Origin: Amoebidium appalachense
Taxonomy: Eukaryota; Protista; Ichthyosporea
Assembly (NCBI GenBank): GCA_963693365.1
Contig: CAVNZM010000009.1
Coordinates: 7,098,171-7,162,170, forward strand
Reading direction: 5' to 3'
Length of the DNA stretch: 64,000 bases
A model generated the notes under the pieces. The model saw nothing but the letters and a program-made list of their open reading frames with translations. It did not search any database and was not told the origin of the DNA. A program made the translations under genes and the position numbers. Positions 47,530-61,809 of the stretch are shown piece by piece; positions within the stretch are counted from its first letter, which is position 1; every line of letters begins with the position of its first letter.

Positions 47530-48991
47530 TTATTCGGCATGCCGCAGATTTCGTCCATTTTTTGTCTGAGGGGACCAGATTTTCACCCCGGCCGGCCATC
47601 CGCACCGATAGCCGCAATGTTTGTACCCGCCTGGTCGTAGCGCACGCTTCGAGTAGGCGCCCACCAGTCCATATCGCCAATCGCAACGTAACACATTCTG
47701 CCACCTCCACCGTGTTTGCTTTAAACACCAACAGATACATCGCAAACCCGGACCTGGTGTATCTCGCAACAACGTCGCCGCCGAACCACACGAGCCGATC
47801 TGTTTTGAACGCACGTAATGAGTCCCTGAGGGAGAGGCGGGGAACGTCAAGGCGTTGTGGAGCAATTATTTGTCTCCCATTCACATCCCACACACCCATC
47901 CATGTTGTTTCATCTTTGTTGGTTCCAGGGTGCTCGGAAGGTCCGTCCCATAACGCCCGTATCGTCCCGTCTTTCATGCAGGCTGTGAAATTTCTCATTG
48001 ACATCTCATCACCGCCCTCTACACCCTCACATTCAATGAAGCTGCCCGTTGCCGCACCTCCAGTCCACAAAAACCGTCGTTGCATAGAAGAAACGTGCCG
48101 GGAATTTCGGTTGGAACAAGGGCTGCACTGTCTGGATTGAATATGATGTCTTCATCGAAATCCTCCAGTTGCTTTAGCCACAATTGATAACCGGTTCGAA
48201 CATCATGACAAACCATAAACCAATCGCCCTCATGATAATTCTTCCAACACGTGACCAGAAAACAGCGGTCCATCAAAAGACAATCATCAAGAATGAGTGC
48301 ACCATGCGGGGGCTTTTTGATAATGCACAGCGGTCTCAACAATGACCCATCTTTGCCGTCGTAAATCAGCACCCCCAGCTTGCCATCTTCCTTAGACATG
48401 GCCGCCACGTAAACGCCACACAGCATATAAAGGCTCAATTCTCCGTAAGTGGCGTCGAATCGCTGAAAAGACGCCACTTTCCCGCCCGTATACACATCCC
48501 ACAACTCAAGTTTTTCGTTGTTCGCTTTCCACAACTGAGTAAACACTAGACTGGATGAAACAGCAACATGAAGGTCTGGATCGTTCATTGGGGGCCCGTC
48601 CAGTACCACACACCCTAGATCGTGACGCATAACATCAATCACATCATCTGTGTTTCCTTCTGCCCATGGCAGTGAGAAAAAGTCAAACTCCATCCGAATG
48701 CGCTCCACCAAATTTTCGTCCGGCGGGAGGAATGGCCCCTGTCCCCCGTTGCGAAGGTAGTCGAGGACGTATTCGAACAACACAGGGGAGCGATCAATGA
48801 AGACGGTGCCGTCGGGGCGTGCTTTGATGGTGTGGCGGCCGCTGAACCAGGCGGCCAGCATGAAGCCGGGCACTGCGCACAGCGTCTGCCTTGTGATGGC
48901 GTAGTGGCGGCCCCCCACGTCCAGCACAATGCGGTCGTCACCCTGTGCCTCGAGTGCACGCACAAACTCGCATTCCACAAAAAACCGTTGC
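47530..48991 (-). pseudogene. KCTD-type BTB/POZ protein with probable C-terminal beta-propeller, copy 1, frameshifted
   Basis: IVLDVGGRHY..TL..SGR..FIDRSPVLFEYVLDYLR..EFDFF is a T1-type BTB domain. Homology to copy 2 switches frame at about 48070, 47640 and 47590. A phase-2 acceptor lies at 48991; the first exon is uncertain. Confidence 0.8.
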
Positions 48992-49638
48992 CTGAGAGAA
49001 GAATTGGTCAGCCTCAAGTGTAATATTTGTATGTGCTCGTAAGCCGCCCCATGCCATGCGAAATATGCAAGTGCTGAACTGTACAAACTCCATAATGATA
49101 AGTATCTTATTACACAGACCCATATACAGTGTGAAACACAGGCGAGCATTGGCGAGTCATCACCTTCAGCGGGCCCGCCCGCCCGCCCGCCCCGCCCGCC
49201 CGCCCGCCCCGCACGCCCGCCCGCCCGCCCGCCCGCCCGCCCGCCCGCACACACGCACGCACGCACCGCAACCCGTCCTTTCCCTCTGCGATGTCTCCAA
49301 TACCTTTGTGTTCCCTCTAAGACTTACAGTGCGGCCATTTTCCACTACCACCCATCCCAAATATAAATCATTTGTCACGTTAATGGGTTGCCGAACACGC
49401 ACACATTTACAGAAGTACACACACGGAGCATACTGTGACAGATCCGTGCACACGTGGCACAGGCCAACAGGTATATATATGCCTGCAGCCTAACAGCCCA
49501 ACACCAACCCATACATGCACACACGTGCACACACACTTGCACATACACACAACTTGAACGCGCATACTCATATCCCCCCCCCCCCCCCCTCCCCCTCTCC
49601 CCCCCATGCCATGCCCCTTCCTTTCTACCAACACACAG

Positions 49639-49711
<73 letters not shown>

Positions 49712-49800
49712 GTCACACACACATACATGAACCCACCCACCCACCCACATCTTCACCGCACACGAATACGCATGCACGGGAACATGCACACGCATGTGCA

Positions 49801-49836
<36 letters not shown>

Positions 49837-51134
49837 CCCCTCTCCCCCACCACCACCACCACCACCACACACATATACACACACACAAAAAGAAACGGAA
49901 GCACATATGTGCATGAAGGCATCATATAGGAAGTATGATAAGAAAATCTTGTAGTGTACTCACAAGCCCAGATATCCGCCTACCAACATGCACACGTGTC
50001 CAAACACGCACACCCACATTTTTGCATAGGCAGATAGTGCGAAAGCACACTGTCAGCAGATGCACACTCACGAACACGTACACACATCCACATACGTTTA
50101 TGTACACACTCCCGCACGTACGTGTAAGAGCACGAGCAGGCAGGAAGGCAGGCACGAAGGAACTCAGAAGAGCAGAGTAGCAACATACTATTCCTAATAT
50201 GTGCAAGTGGTTGAAAGCGGCACATAGAAAACACAAGCACACAGGCGCGGCTGGGTTCATGTCACATCCACGCAATGCAAAGCCAATCTCCGCACACCCT
50301 GACAACCACATGCACTCCACACACTCAAAATCTACAATCTACCTGCACTTTGTGGGCCATCTTATGGACAAACGTCCGCTAACCGTGCTGAAGGTATGTA
50401 CGCACAGGCTGGCAAACACGTTACGTGGCAGGCATTGAACCGTGTTTGCAATCATGACCAAAGTGCGGACATGCATCTTCATCGACACATAGAACACACA
50501 CAGATGCAGCCCGCTTTCCCGCAGACATGAGTGAGACTCTACGTAACCAAACGGGCCACTGTGAAAATGTTTTACTCTGATTCGATTGAAGATACAAATA
50601 CAGTACGTTTTATTTCGGCAACGGCATTAGAGTATTTTAACGCCTGGTTTGGCCCCACTATTAGTAGAGATTTCTAAATCAGTCAGTCTTCTTCGGATGC
50701 ATGAGCACCGCCATTTCAAAAAGCTCACATGCAGAGAGTCACAATTATAAAACAGAGAAAATTGAAAAGTAAAAAAAAAAATATCAACACGAAAAACACA
50801 ATTTGTTACAGTAGGCTTCTCATTGCCTGCAACAGTATGTCAAGATTTTGAACTTGCATGTACTGATGTGCTTTCATTGCACCTCAAATATAAATTTCAA
50901 CAACTACATCGAAGACGTTGCCAGTGTTTATTATCACAGACTAGTAGGCACACGTACCAGGCGTGTGTTCAGAAGGCACGTGGCGTACAAAACAAAACTG
51001 ATATCATCTCGCGGCCACAGTAAGTGACATTACATTACTGAAAAGCAGTTCTTCGCATCCCCCTTCTCAGCTATAATGCTGCTGTGGTTCGAAACCTTGG
51101 AGCTCCGAATGCAGGCCGCACCCGCTGTCACCTC

Positions 51135-51317
51135 TTAGGCAGGTGTAGGTGTCGGTGTATCAGTGGTGGTATCATTCCTCATAGCTCTTTGCATTGACCC
51201 CGAATGGAAAATCGGGGCCCTGCGTTCACGGTCAGGAACGGTTGCCGCATCGCCGAAGGAGAGGAAGAGAATACAGAGAGCAATGGCAAGGGCAAGGAAG
51301 GAAAGTGTCCGCGCCAT
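51135..51317 (-). CDS. Small secreted prepropeptide, 60 aa, unknown family
   Basis: ACCATGG start context and TATATAA at 51357-51363. Hydrophobic signal peptide MARTLSFLALAIALCILFLSFGDA, RERR convertase-type site, and AATAAA on the minus strand near 50610. Confidence 0.65.
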   Translation of the reverse strand: MARTLSFLALAIALCILFLSFGDAATVPDRERRAPIFHSGSMQRAMRNDTTTDTPTPTPA

Positions 51318-52159
51318 GGTGATGTTTTCGAATTCGGTTTTCCTTCCACACACACGTTATATAATGGTTTCACTGGAGTGGGGTGTTCAATTAAGTGGTT
51401 CACTGAAACAGAATGGTTGAAAACTTTCGTCACAACTCTTTTGTGCTGTCTTGTGTTCTTGCACTGAGTGGCCGAGTGGGTCGGCCATGCGGACTTTTGC
51501 CATGGTTTCTGCCCAGACCGTGCAACCAATTAAAATGATTCGGTTCAGCCAATCCCAAATCAGAAAACCACATACACTATATATGGTTTTTGGGTAAAGC
51601 TAAAAATTGATGAATCTTATCAGTGGCTCGTCAGAAAGCCAATTGGGAGCGGCCATTTTTATCAGGGACCATGGCGGCATGGCCCATTTCACAGCAGTTA
51701 GCGGCCACTTTTGTTCGGTGTCTTAGGTTGTTAGTCCTATAGACACATGATATAGTGATATATAAAATGTCTGCTTCAGCACGTGTAGATGGGCACACCT
51801 GACGTCTATAACAAGCTTTAATGGTCTCTATAAACTAAAAAAACTACTGCTGAGAAGATAGCCACGTGCACTGTGTGGATGCACATACATGCACATCTGT
51901 TGCACGTGCATGACCAGCTTGCATCGGACCCGGCCTCACCAGACTGATGTAGCAGACATTGGAGATGAAAGAAGCGTTCAAATAGAGAAAAAAACACTGC
52001 AGGTTTTAGAAAAAATATGATGGGAGCGAAGGGAGAAGAATGTAGGGAGAGAAATTTAAACAGGGGAGGTTTGCACTGCACGTGGGCGTGGGCCCTCGGG
52101 ATCCTTCCACCGTCATGCTAGTTTAAAATTTTCGAATTCCGGCCACTGATATTCTTTTT

Positions 52160-52287
52160 GTAGACGCCCACCCTAACACGTACTGACGTGTTGCCGCACG
52201 TGCGACGTTTTTACATCTACTCAGGCGGCTAACACGTACTGACGTGTTGCCGCACGTGCGACGTTTTTACATCTACTCAGGCGGCTT

Positions 52288-52322
<35 letters not shown>

Positions 52323-52394
52323 AGACACCGCCTCAGTAGCTAACACGTACTGACGTGTTGCCGCACGTGCGACGTTTTAACATCTACTTAGGCG

Positions 52395-52433
<39 letters not shown>

Positions 52434-52483
52434 AGACACCGCCTCAGTAGGTGGTAGCCTCAGTAGGTGGTAGACGCCCACCC
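52160..52483. repeat. Compound tandem/foldback repeat with internal poly(A), bounded by a 14-bp direct repeat
   Basis: Three copies of a 56-bp unit, two A-runs, and gtagacgcccaccc at 52160-52173 and 52470-52483. Confidence 0.8.
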
Positions 52484-52727
52484 GAGACTGGATGACGTCA
52501 AAGCCATACGTATGGCTGCATTGTGACTAACAGTCCACGTGATGCATACACGTGTACACATGAACCACATCATGGCATGGTAAAATGGGAAATCCCCTTA
52601 CCTACTCAGTGATCGTACATACATATCCCATAGCTAGTCACTCAAGCTCAAAACTTATTGAAGCCTTGGGGCTCGATCGAAGCTCGAAGCCGTTGATAAC
52701 TGGAAGTGCTGCAGGCTCCTTGCCCGA

Positions 52728-52762
<35 letters not shown>

Positions 52763-52986
52763 CCTCCTCCTGATCAGTTGCGTCTCTCCTCCCCCACTCT
52801 CCCCCTCCCCCCGCCCTAATTAATATTCAGGCAAATGTTGTCCACTGCCTGAGAACTACTGGCAACACAACCACACCACCACGTTGGAATGAGCAAGAAA
52901 ACAGTCACACACACACACACACACACCGTGGCACACATGCACACCACACACACACACACACACGCACACACACACACGCACACACA

Positions 52987-53028
<42 letters not shown>

Positions 53029-53040
53029 CACGCACACACA

Positions 53041-53123
<83 letters not shown>

Positions 53124-53125
<2 letters not shown>

Positions 53126-53310
53126 TATTTTTTTTTATCCCGTTTAGTTCCCGGAGGTGCCCCTAGGGGGCCTCAGGGGGAACTACCGTCTTCCACCCAG
53201 CACCGACAGTACTCTAGCTAGGGTGCTGCGATGCTATTAGCTAAACTAACACACCTATAACAATCCTAACTATACGTACACACTTTGCCCAGGGTATCAA
53301 CCCCAGCCAC
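53124..53310 (-). mobile_element. Dispersed repeat family B, second copy
   Basis: See 32361-32540. Confidence 0.6.
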
Positions 53311-53311
53311 G

Positions 53312-53460
<149 letters not shown>

Positions 53461-53566
53461 GACGTCGACCCAGACACACACGCGCACACACACACACAGG
53501 TGCGCACACGCGCACACACTCACGCACACGCACTGACACACACACAAGTGAACTGGAAATCAATAC

Positions 53567-53597
<31 letters not shown>

Positions 53598-53658
53598 AAA
53601 AAAAAAAACACCTAAAACACTCGCACGCGCGCAGCGATAGCACACACACAACCACACA

Positions 53659-53758
<100 letters not shown>

Positions 53759-53819
53759 TACACTATTACATATGCAGAATTTGATGACCTTTTGCACTTT
53801 CCTACTACACAAGCATGCA

Positions 53820-53877
<58 letters not shown>

Positions 53878-54225
53878 GGTGCTCCAAATACATAAGACAC
53901 CTCAACCCAGACACATGCAGATACACTCGCAGTGACTTGGAAATGAAACGACCATATGTCTACACATCCTGAGAAGTGTCCTTCTCAGTGACTCACATCA
54001 CGAATTTCCCCCTCGGACTCAGCCAAAGAGTACTTGGGCGTACACTCATGCATATCGTACCCATGCAAACAGATTGAGCATCACTATTTACGGCGGCACC
54101 TGCACACTCACACTCACCTCCACACATACACCCACCCATCCACCCACCCACCCACACACACACACACGTGCGCGCGCACACACACACACACACATACACG
54201 CCCACACCCACACACCCACACCCAT

Positions 54226-54313
<88 letters not shown>

Positions 54314-54491
54314 ACGCACCGTAGGTACACACAAATACACAACACACGCGCTTACACGCACAGCGCCCCATACACACATGCACACTCAACGTACCCTTAC
54401 GTAGGACACAAATGCACACACACACAATCACACACCGTAAACGGAGTCCCACACCCCTCCCCCCCCCCCCCCCCCCTCCCCTTCCCCCGAA

Positions 54492-54587
<96 letters not shown>

Positions 54588-54999
54588 ACCTACAGCCCCC
54601 CCCCCCCCCCTCCCCCCTCCCCCCCCCCCCCCCCCCCAACACACACACACAAGAGTGTCGCACGGCAGGGGTAATCGCGCACATTGTTGCATAAGATTTG
54701 TCAAACAACATGAAGCTTACACAAACACACCACTATAAAAGTGCTGAATTCGAAACCATGTGGCAAGCTGCACACAAAGACACACACGCAAATTGATACA
54801 CTCGAGTTCACACACACACACACACAAAAATGTTCCGAGTCACACCAATACACACACAGACCCAGCTGGAGCGTTACAACAAAATTTAAAGCACTGATCG
54901 TCGACATAATTATAAGAAATTATGTGGATGGGGATAAGGGAGAGGGCGATCCAGTCATGGCTCTCGTAAAGAGGTTTGGGGGGGAGGGGAGGGGGGAGG

Positions 55000-55483
55000 G
55001 GGGGGTTTCCGCGGGGGAGTGGTAAGACCTACCCACCCCTTCGGGGGTTTTTTTTTTTTTTTTTTTTTTCGGGGCGGGGGGAGGGGGGGGGGGGGGGAGC
55101 CAGGCGGCCCCTTATATACGTGGGGGGAAAGGGGAGGGGGGGGGGGGGGGGTGCACCACTAGGGATTTGATATCTACTACTGTTCCCTATCCTAAGTGGA
55201 CCTTGAGAGTCCCTGATTCTGTGTTGGTGGTGTGTGTGTGTGTGTGCGTGTGTGTTGGCAGGGGGGGGGGGGGGGGGGGGATGGGGGTTGCCTCGGGGGA
55301 GGGAGGGGTAAGACCCAACCATCCCTAGGCCTTCGGGTTATTTTTTTTAGTGGGGAGGGGGGGATGAAGGAGGAAGGGGGGGATGGGTCTGGAGAGGGGG
55401 GAAAAGAGGGGGTCATTGCCTCGAGGGAGGGGTACTACGGACCTACCCACCCCTTCGGGGTTTTTGGGGGGAGGGAAGGATGG

Positions 55484-55534
<51 letters not shown>

Positions 55535-55636
55535 GGGGGGGGGGGGTGATGGGGGTTGCCTCGTGGTAGAAAGTATATAGGGAGTATATATAGGGGTAAA
55601 GCCCAGCGACCCCTTCGAATTTGGTTTTTTTTTTTT

Positions 55637-55667
<31 letters not shown>

Positions 55668-55740
55668 GATGATATCGATGTGGGTTGGTTGCCTCGAAGG
55701 GGGGAGGTGGGTAAAACCCACCCACCCCTTCGGGGGGTTG
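55000..55740 (+). repeat. Five diverged hairpin-forming units (GGGGGTTGCCTCG..GGGTAAGACCCACCCACCCCTTCGGGG)
   Basis: Units start near 55000, 55280, 55408, 55548 and 55678. Confidence 0.75.
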
Positions 55741-55794
55741 TGTGCAGTGCCAAGTGGTGGTGGTGGGTGTGCGCGCGCACGCGTGTGTGTATGT

Positions 55795-55858
<64 letters not shown>

Positions 55859-56293
55859 AGGGGGGCAGGGGGAGAGAGAGGTTCGACGGTGGGCAGGCCC
55901 GAAAATGACTGATCAACAATTGTATTCCTTCACTACCAATCTGCCAATTCATTACGTGTATAACTAAGTTTCTGATACTCCCATGAATACAACTATTACT
56001 GCTACTGCTATTACATAGTTACAATCAGATGGATTACTTTTTGTAATAGCCACGGGCCGCCAGTATCTAATCATACGGTACCTAATCTAAGCAGTGTGCA
56101 CTGTCTTGGAATTAACTATTAGTCCCGGGCCGATGCCATGCATATATATGTTTTTCTGTTGTTTTTCTGTTGTGGCAAGCCAGTAAACCTTGGGACTGAC
56201 TGCCTAGTCGTCCTCCAAAAAAAAGAAAAGAAATTAAATAAAAGAGCAGCCATGGGTCGAGTGGGATATGATACGTCTATGTAATTATTCTAA

Positions 56294-56328
<35 letters not shown>

Positions 56329-56815
56329 ACCACCACCACCACCACCACCACCAAAAAAAAAACAACCACCACCACCACCACCACCACCACCCATCCATCC
56401 ACTCGCCTAACCAACACTAACATATCCACTTGTGCACGTTTTCATCAAGAAGAAGGAAAGAAAAACAAGAAAGAAAGAAAGAATTCCGAAAAAGAACATA
56501 GAACTTCTGAGAAAGATCATCGAACGAACCATGTGCTAACATATATTCAAGTATGCACCCTTCCGCACCACTCGTACACGTTCACGTTTTGTGCCGGATG
56601 ATTGGCAACAACCATGTTTGCTCACAGATTAATGGCAATTTTTAAATATAAAGTTAAAAACAAAAACAAAAAATATTAATAAAAACCTTGAAACAGCAAA
56701 GCATCCCACCATAACCACACACCAAATTCATACCAGTCTCAGCGCTAGGCCCTCCCCCCCCCCCCCCCCTCCCCCCCTCCCCGCCCTCCCCCCCCCCCCT
56801 CCCCGCCCTCCCCCC

Positions 56816-56847
<32 letters not shown>

Positions 56848-56890
56848 AAATAAAAAAAAATAAAAAATTGTGTCAATCAAATCACTAATA

Positions 56891-58895
56891 CTAATCCGTG
56901 CGAATCCGCTTGCGTGAATTCTGTTTCTCCACGCGGGGTGCCCACACCTTCACCCTTCCATCGGTGCCGACGGCCGCAACAGCAAGACCGGCGTCCAGCC
57001 CATAGGAAACGAGCCGTGCACTTCCCCACCACTGGTCGCCCAAATCTTCCGCCGGCAGCCGTAGAACAATAGTCTCAGAAACATCCACCTTGTTTGAAGC
57101 TGAGAAAACCAACCGAGACATCAATATGCCCCTTGACGTAACGTGTGCAACAACATCTTGGTCTATCCACATGGGCGCGCACGAGGCAAATGCACCCTGT
57201 TCGCCTGCGTACCATTTAGGAAGTCGTTGAGTTTCCATGACTTTTTTCCCGTTGACGTCCCACGCACCGACCCAAACCTCGTGCCCCGCTACTGAATTCT
57301 TTTGTCGCGGATGCGTCCACAACAAACCGCATCGTACCGTTAACGACGACAGGGGGTGCAGGCCTTACATGGTAGTCGTTAATATTGTCCGCATCTTTAA
57401 ACATGAATATTTCCCTTGTTTCCGCGTTTACATACCATAGTAACCCCTCATTGCAATCGACAATCACGCACAAGTTGGGCAACCCAGTGGGGAAAAACCT
57501 ATCTCGCGACGGATCGAAGTCCATCATTACATCATCAGACCCATCCCTGCACCACATTTGCTTGCCGGTTTTCACGTCATGCACGCACAAACGCGAATAT
57601 TCGAAACCTTCGATTTTCCCCATCCACCACGTGAGCACATACCGCCCTTCCAGAGCGACAACCGAAACCATCCTGCACCCGGGCTCCAAATCGTGATTAA
57701 CGATGTACGTGTTGACCTTCGACCCATCTTGCAAGCCCCAGAGCACAAAACCAGCCGTTTCGGATTTTTCAAACCACGCGGCGACATAATCTCCCGAGAC
57801 CTTCCAATCGCGTAACTTGCCAAATTCCTCGTTGGAAGGATGCAAAATTGCAGACCGTCGACCTGTGGTTGTGTCCCACAGATCTATACTCTCTGGCCTT
57901 AAAGAGCGCGTGAAAATCCGATTCGGCCCTACAAAAACGCGGAGCTTTGGGTCGTTCATTGGGAGCGAATCGAGAACGACACACTCCATATCATGGCGCA
58001 TATCGTTAACTAGTGGTTCTGCCACCGCCGGCCATGGCAGTGCGAAAAAAATCAAACTCCGCCCGAATACGCTCCACCAGTTTACGGCCCGACGGGAGGA
58101 ACAACTCTTTCCCCCCGTTGCGAAGGTAGTCGAGGACGTATTCGAACAACACAGGGGAGCGATCAATGAAGACGGTGCCGTCGGGGCGTGCTTTGATGGT
58201 GTGGCGGCCGCTGAACCAGGCAGCCAGCATGGAGCCGGGCACCGCACACAGCGTCTGCCTTGTGGTGGCGTAGTGGCGGCCCCCCACGTCCAGCACAATG
58301 CGGTCGTCATCATTCTGTGCCTCCTCGAGGGCACGCACCGACGTGCACTCCGCTAAGAACTGCTGCCTGTGAGGTTTTTAATGTCAACTGCTATTCATAT
58401 CAACAATTCTTTCGCGCATGCTGTAGGGCATCCAAAGCATGTCCGCATACATAATGATTTTGAGACAAGACGCAAACACACTGCACGTGAATTGCAGCCG
58501 CAACAAACAAGCGCTTTTGAAGTAAGCGCGGTCTACAGGCTCACCACCAAAGATAAGCACAGCATGAGATCACACAAGTGTAAGAGCCCCTGCTGCAGAA
58601 AGGCAGGGACACCCATGCACACCGGCAGGCGGGCTTTGAAAGAACACCAGAGCAACCGACACATGCACGGACACACACAGGCATCTCGGTATGCACCCAA
58701 ATTCAGCCCCTCAATCCTTCCCCCTTTCTATTTGAAAGCCTACTTATTATACTCTCGAAGGGAAACAGCGCTTTCAGTAACAACACATCTACATAACGAA
58801 GTCATTCAAAAAGCGGCAAAAAACACTTGAAGAAAGGCCTGGCGCAAGGGTTTTAGGGGGGGGGGGGGGGGGGGGGGAGAGGGAAGAAGGAAAGG

Positions 58896-58941
<46 letters not shown>

Positions 58942-60374
58942 GGGTGAGGGGGGGGGGGGGGGAGGGAGGGACGAAAGAAAATGAATGCACCCATCGCGCA
59001 GGTAATCACAGATGAGAAACATACACCACAGAGGGTTAAAATAACCAAAGCTCGGTGTGTATTGTGTGTGTGTATTCAAAAGGGGCTGGGTGGGTGGGGC
59101 GTGGAGGGGGGGGAGGGGGGGACGGGGAGGGGAGGGGGGGGGGGGGGGGGGGGAGGGGGGAAGGGGGGGGGGGGGAGGGGGGGGAGAAAGGGGGTGGGAG
59201 GAGAGGGGGGCGGGGGAGGGGGGTGCATGCACGACACCAAAACATCCACAAATAGAATCACCCTAAAGCACAAAAAAGGTACAAAGCTGCGAGGGCGATA
59301 AAAAAAAAATAATAGTAGGGGAGCCAAGCAGGAGAGAGAGAGAGAGAGCCTCGTAGGGAGAGGGAATAAGCAGAAGTCAGAGAAACCGGCATAGACCGAC
59401 AGATACACAGAGAAGCAGGGGAGGGTGGGCGGGGGGGAATGAGTGCTGGTATGTGTGTGTGTATGAGGTGAGCCTTAGAGGAGAGCCTCGGGTACGGAGA
59501 GAGTGGGAGGGCCCGGCACGGAGAGAGACAAAGTCATGAAGGGAAGGAGTAGACGAAAGACATCAGCATCTCTCTCTCTCTCTCTCTCTCCCCCTCTCCC
59601 TCGCCCCCCCTCCCCCTCCCCTCCCCCCCCCCCCCCCCCCCCCCCCACACACACACACATACCCTCTAACACACACGTTTCCACAAACCATCATCCCGTC
59701 GCCTAACCTCTACCTATAGCGAAGCGCCGAAAACTATAAAACAGATAAAAAAGCCAAAACAATTCACGAAACCCACAATCCATTACAGCCATAACCCATA
59801 CTCACACGTAAGTTGCCTTTTCAATTAGGCCCCTACTTCCTCTTCGCTACCCTTTCCCCCCCCCCTCGCCCCACCCCCACCCCCTCCATCCCCCGGGCCC
59901 TTTGCCCCCTCCTCCCTCATTTCCCTCAGGCAGCAAGATCGTGCCCCAACACCTCCTTCCTCCACACCACTCCCCCCCCCCCCCCTCCCCCCCCCCCCCC
60001 CACACCCCATCCCCCCCCCCCCCCCCCCCCCCCGCCCACCCACCCACCCAGCCCCAGCCCCTTCCCCCCCCCCCCTCCTCCAACCCCCCTGCCGGCGAGC
60101 CTATGCACAACGTATATACATGTATCTTCCCCCCTCCCCCCCACCTTCCCCCCCCTTTTCAAAGCACAAGCCCGAAGATTTCAAACATTCACATTGACTC
60201 ACAAAAAGAAAGCACACAGAGACTTGCACGCTTGCACAAGCACACGGGCGTGCACAACACACACACAAAAATCTTTCACGACGCCCGGGTTTGCTATGCC
60301 TCACACAACAACAACTACCCGTGCACACACATAGGCTCACGCGCACACACGCAATGTGCACACACGCACACGCA

Positions 60375-60434
<60 letters not shown>

Positions 60435-60702
60435 ACACCCACACACATACCATACGCACACACATACGCACACATACGCACACCGCGGCACGCACACACG
60501 CGCACGCACATGCACACACGCACATCAACACCCACCTCTCCTCCTCCAGCTGTGCCCTGTCCTGCGCCAGTTTCTTTTCCTGTGCGTCCACTGCCTGGGC
60601 CCTCTCCTGCAGCTGGCGGGCAGCCTCTCCCAGCCGCTGCAGCACCCGCTGGCCCTCTGCCTCCAGCGACCCGCACTCCTCCACAAGCTCAGCTACGTCC
60701 AT
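56891..60702 (-). pseudogene. Coiled-coil plus KCTD-type BTB/POZ plus probable beta-propeller protein, copy 2, two frameshifts
   Basis: Exon 1 60536-60702 (MDVAELVEE..QLEEER, coiled-coil-like, phase 2) joins the acceptor at 58366. BTB domain follows. Extra base in the T7 run at 58045-58051 and another at about 57323. Ends VKVWAP..RKRIRTD-stop at 56891. Confidence 0.8.
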
Positions 60703-60875
60703 GTTGGGTGTTACACTACGACATCAAGCCAACTGCGCGCTTTAAACACTAGTGATGACCGGAAGATGAAAATAGAAAAAGAGAGTTAGTGCTCTACGCA
60801 GCTGTGAGCTCCGGCCTTGCCGACTGGTGCTAGCCTTGGGTGTGACGATATTTGCTGTGGAACTTGAGGAACTGT

Positions 60876-61809
60876 TGTTAAATTGTATAAGTATTTGGGA
60901 TGTAAGCAGAGACACAGTGGTGCAGTGTGAAAACACCACAGACACACACAACAACAAAACACGGAGCGATCGGAGAAGTGTACACAACAGACATCAATGT
61001 TTAGACACGACTGAACTCAATTTATTTTGATCGCTAATAAATACCTGAAATTCCCTTAAGTTAAATCCATACATGATTTCCGACCAGTCGGAAATCAGAT
61101 CTATGTCTAAAATAACCAATCACAATTAACTGATTATTTCCCGGATAGATCCGGAGACACAGGAACGCACACCATAGGTCACAGCTATAAGAAAGAAAAG
61201 AGGTGAAGAGTAACGAGGAAAGAGGTGATGTTTCTAACCTATCATCGGCTACAAAGACTCAGACATTTTCTGACTAAGTCCACTGATTGGATATAGTACG
61301 GCAACACACAAAACAAAAGTGTTTGACTAAGCTATGAATCATACCTGACAAGCTAAAGTGTAGCCTAAGTGTTTTTCTACCAATCAAAACATAACGAGTA
61401 ATATAAATCTACTCAACGTATATTAGTGAGAGAGAAATATAATTATGTGAAAGGAAACAAGAGAAGAAAGAAAGAGAAAAGAAAGAAGAAGAAAGAGGAA
61501 AAAGAAAAGAAAGCAGGACAGAAAACACGAACATGAAAACACAGTTATAACCGAAGATATTCATGTACGCATAACATGTACACGTTTCTCCCTCACTGGG
61601 TAGACTCGTGTACCTATAATCAGTTGCTGTAATCGATATCTAAACACACGAATATAGCCGACACAACACGATTACAAGTACTCAAATACACTGGAGATCG
61701 ATCTCATAATTTACGTACAAGGAGCACATCTTTTTCATTAAGTAAATGAATGAAAACATAACACGAACTGAGAAGATCTTACAATATGTAAATACTACGT
61801 ATTATAACA
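60876..61809 (-). repeat. Putative 3' LTR of the copia element
   Basis: Begins TGTTA straight after the PPT. Candidate end TAACA at 60876-60880. AT-rich, AATAAA at 61021-61026. The distal boundary cannot be confirmed without the 5' LTR. Confidence 0.55.

Noticed and set aside
51085-51095. B-box GGTTCGAAACC suggesting a tRNA
   Set aside because: No T-stem, acceptor stem or A-box at the right spacing.
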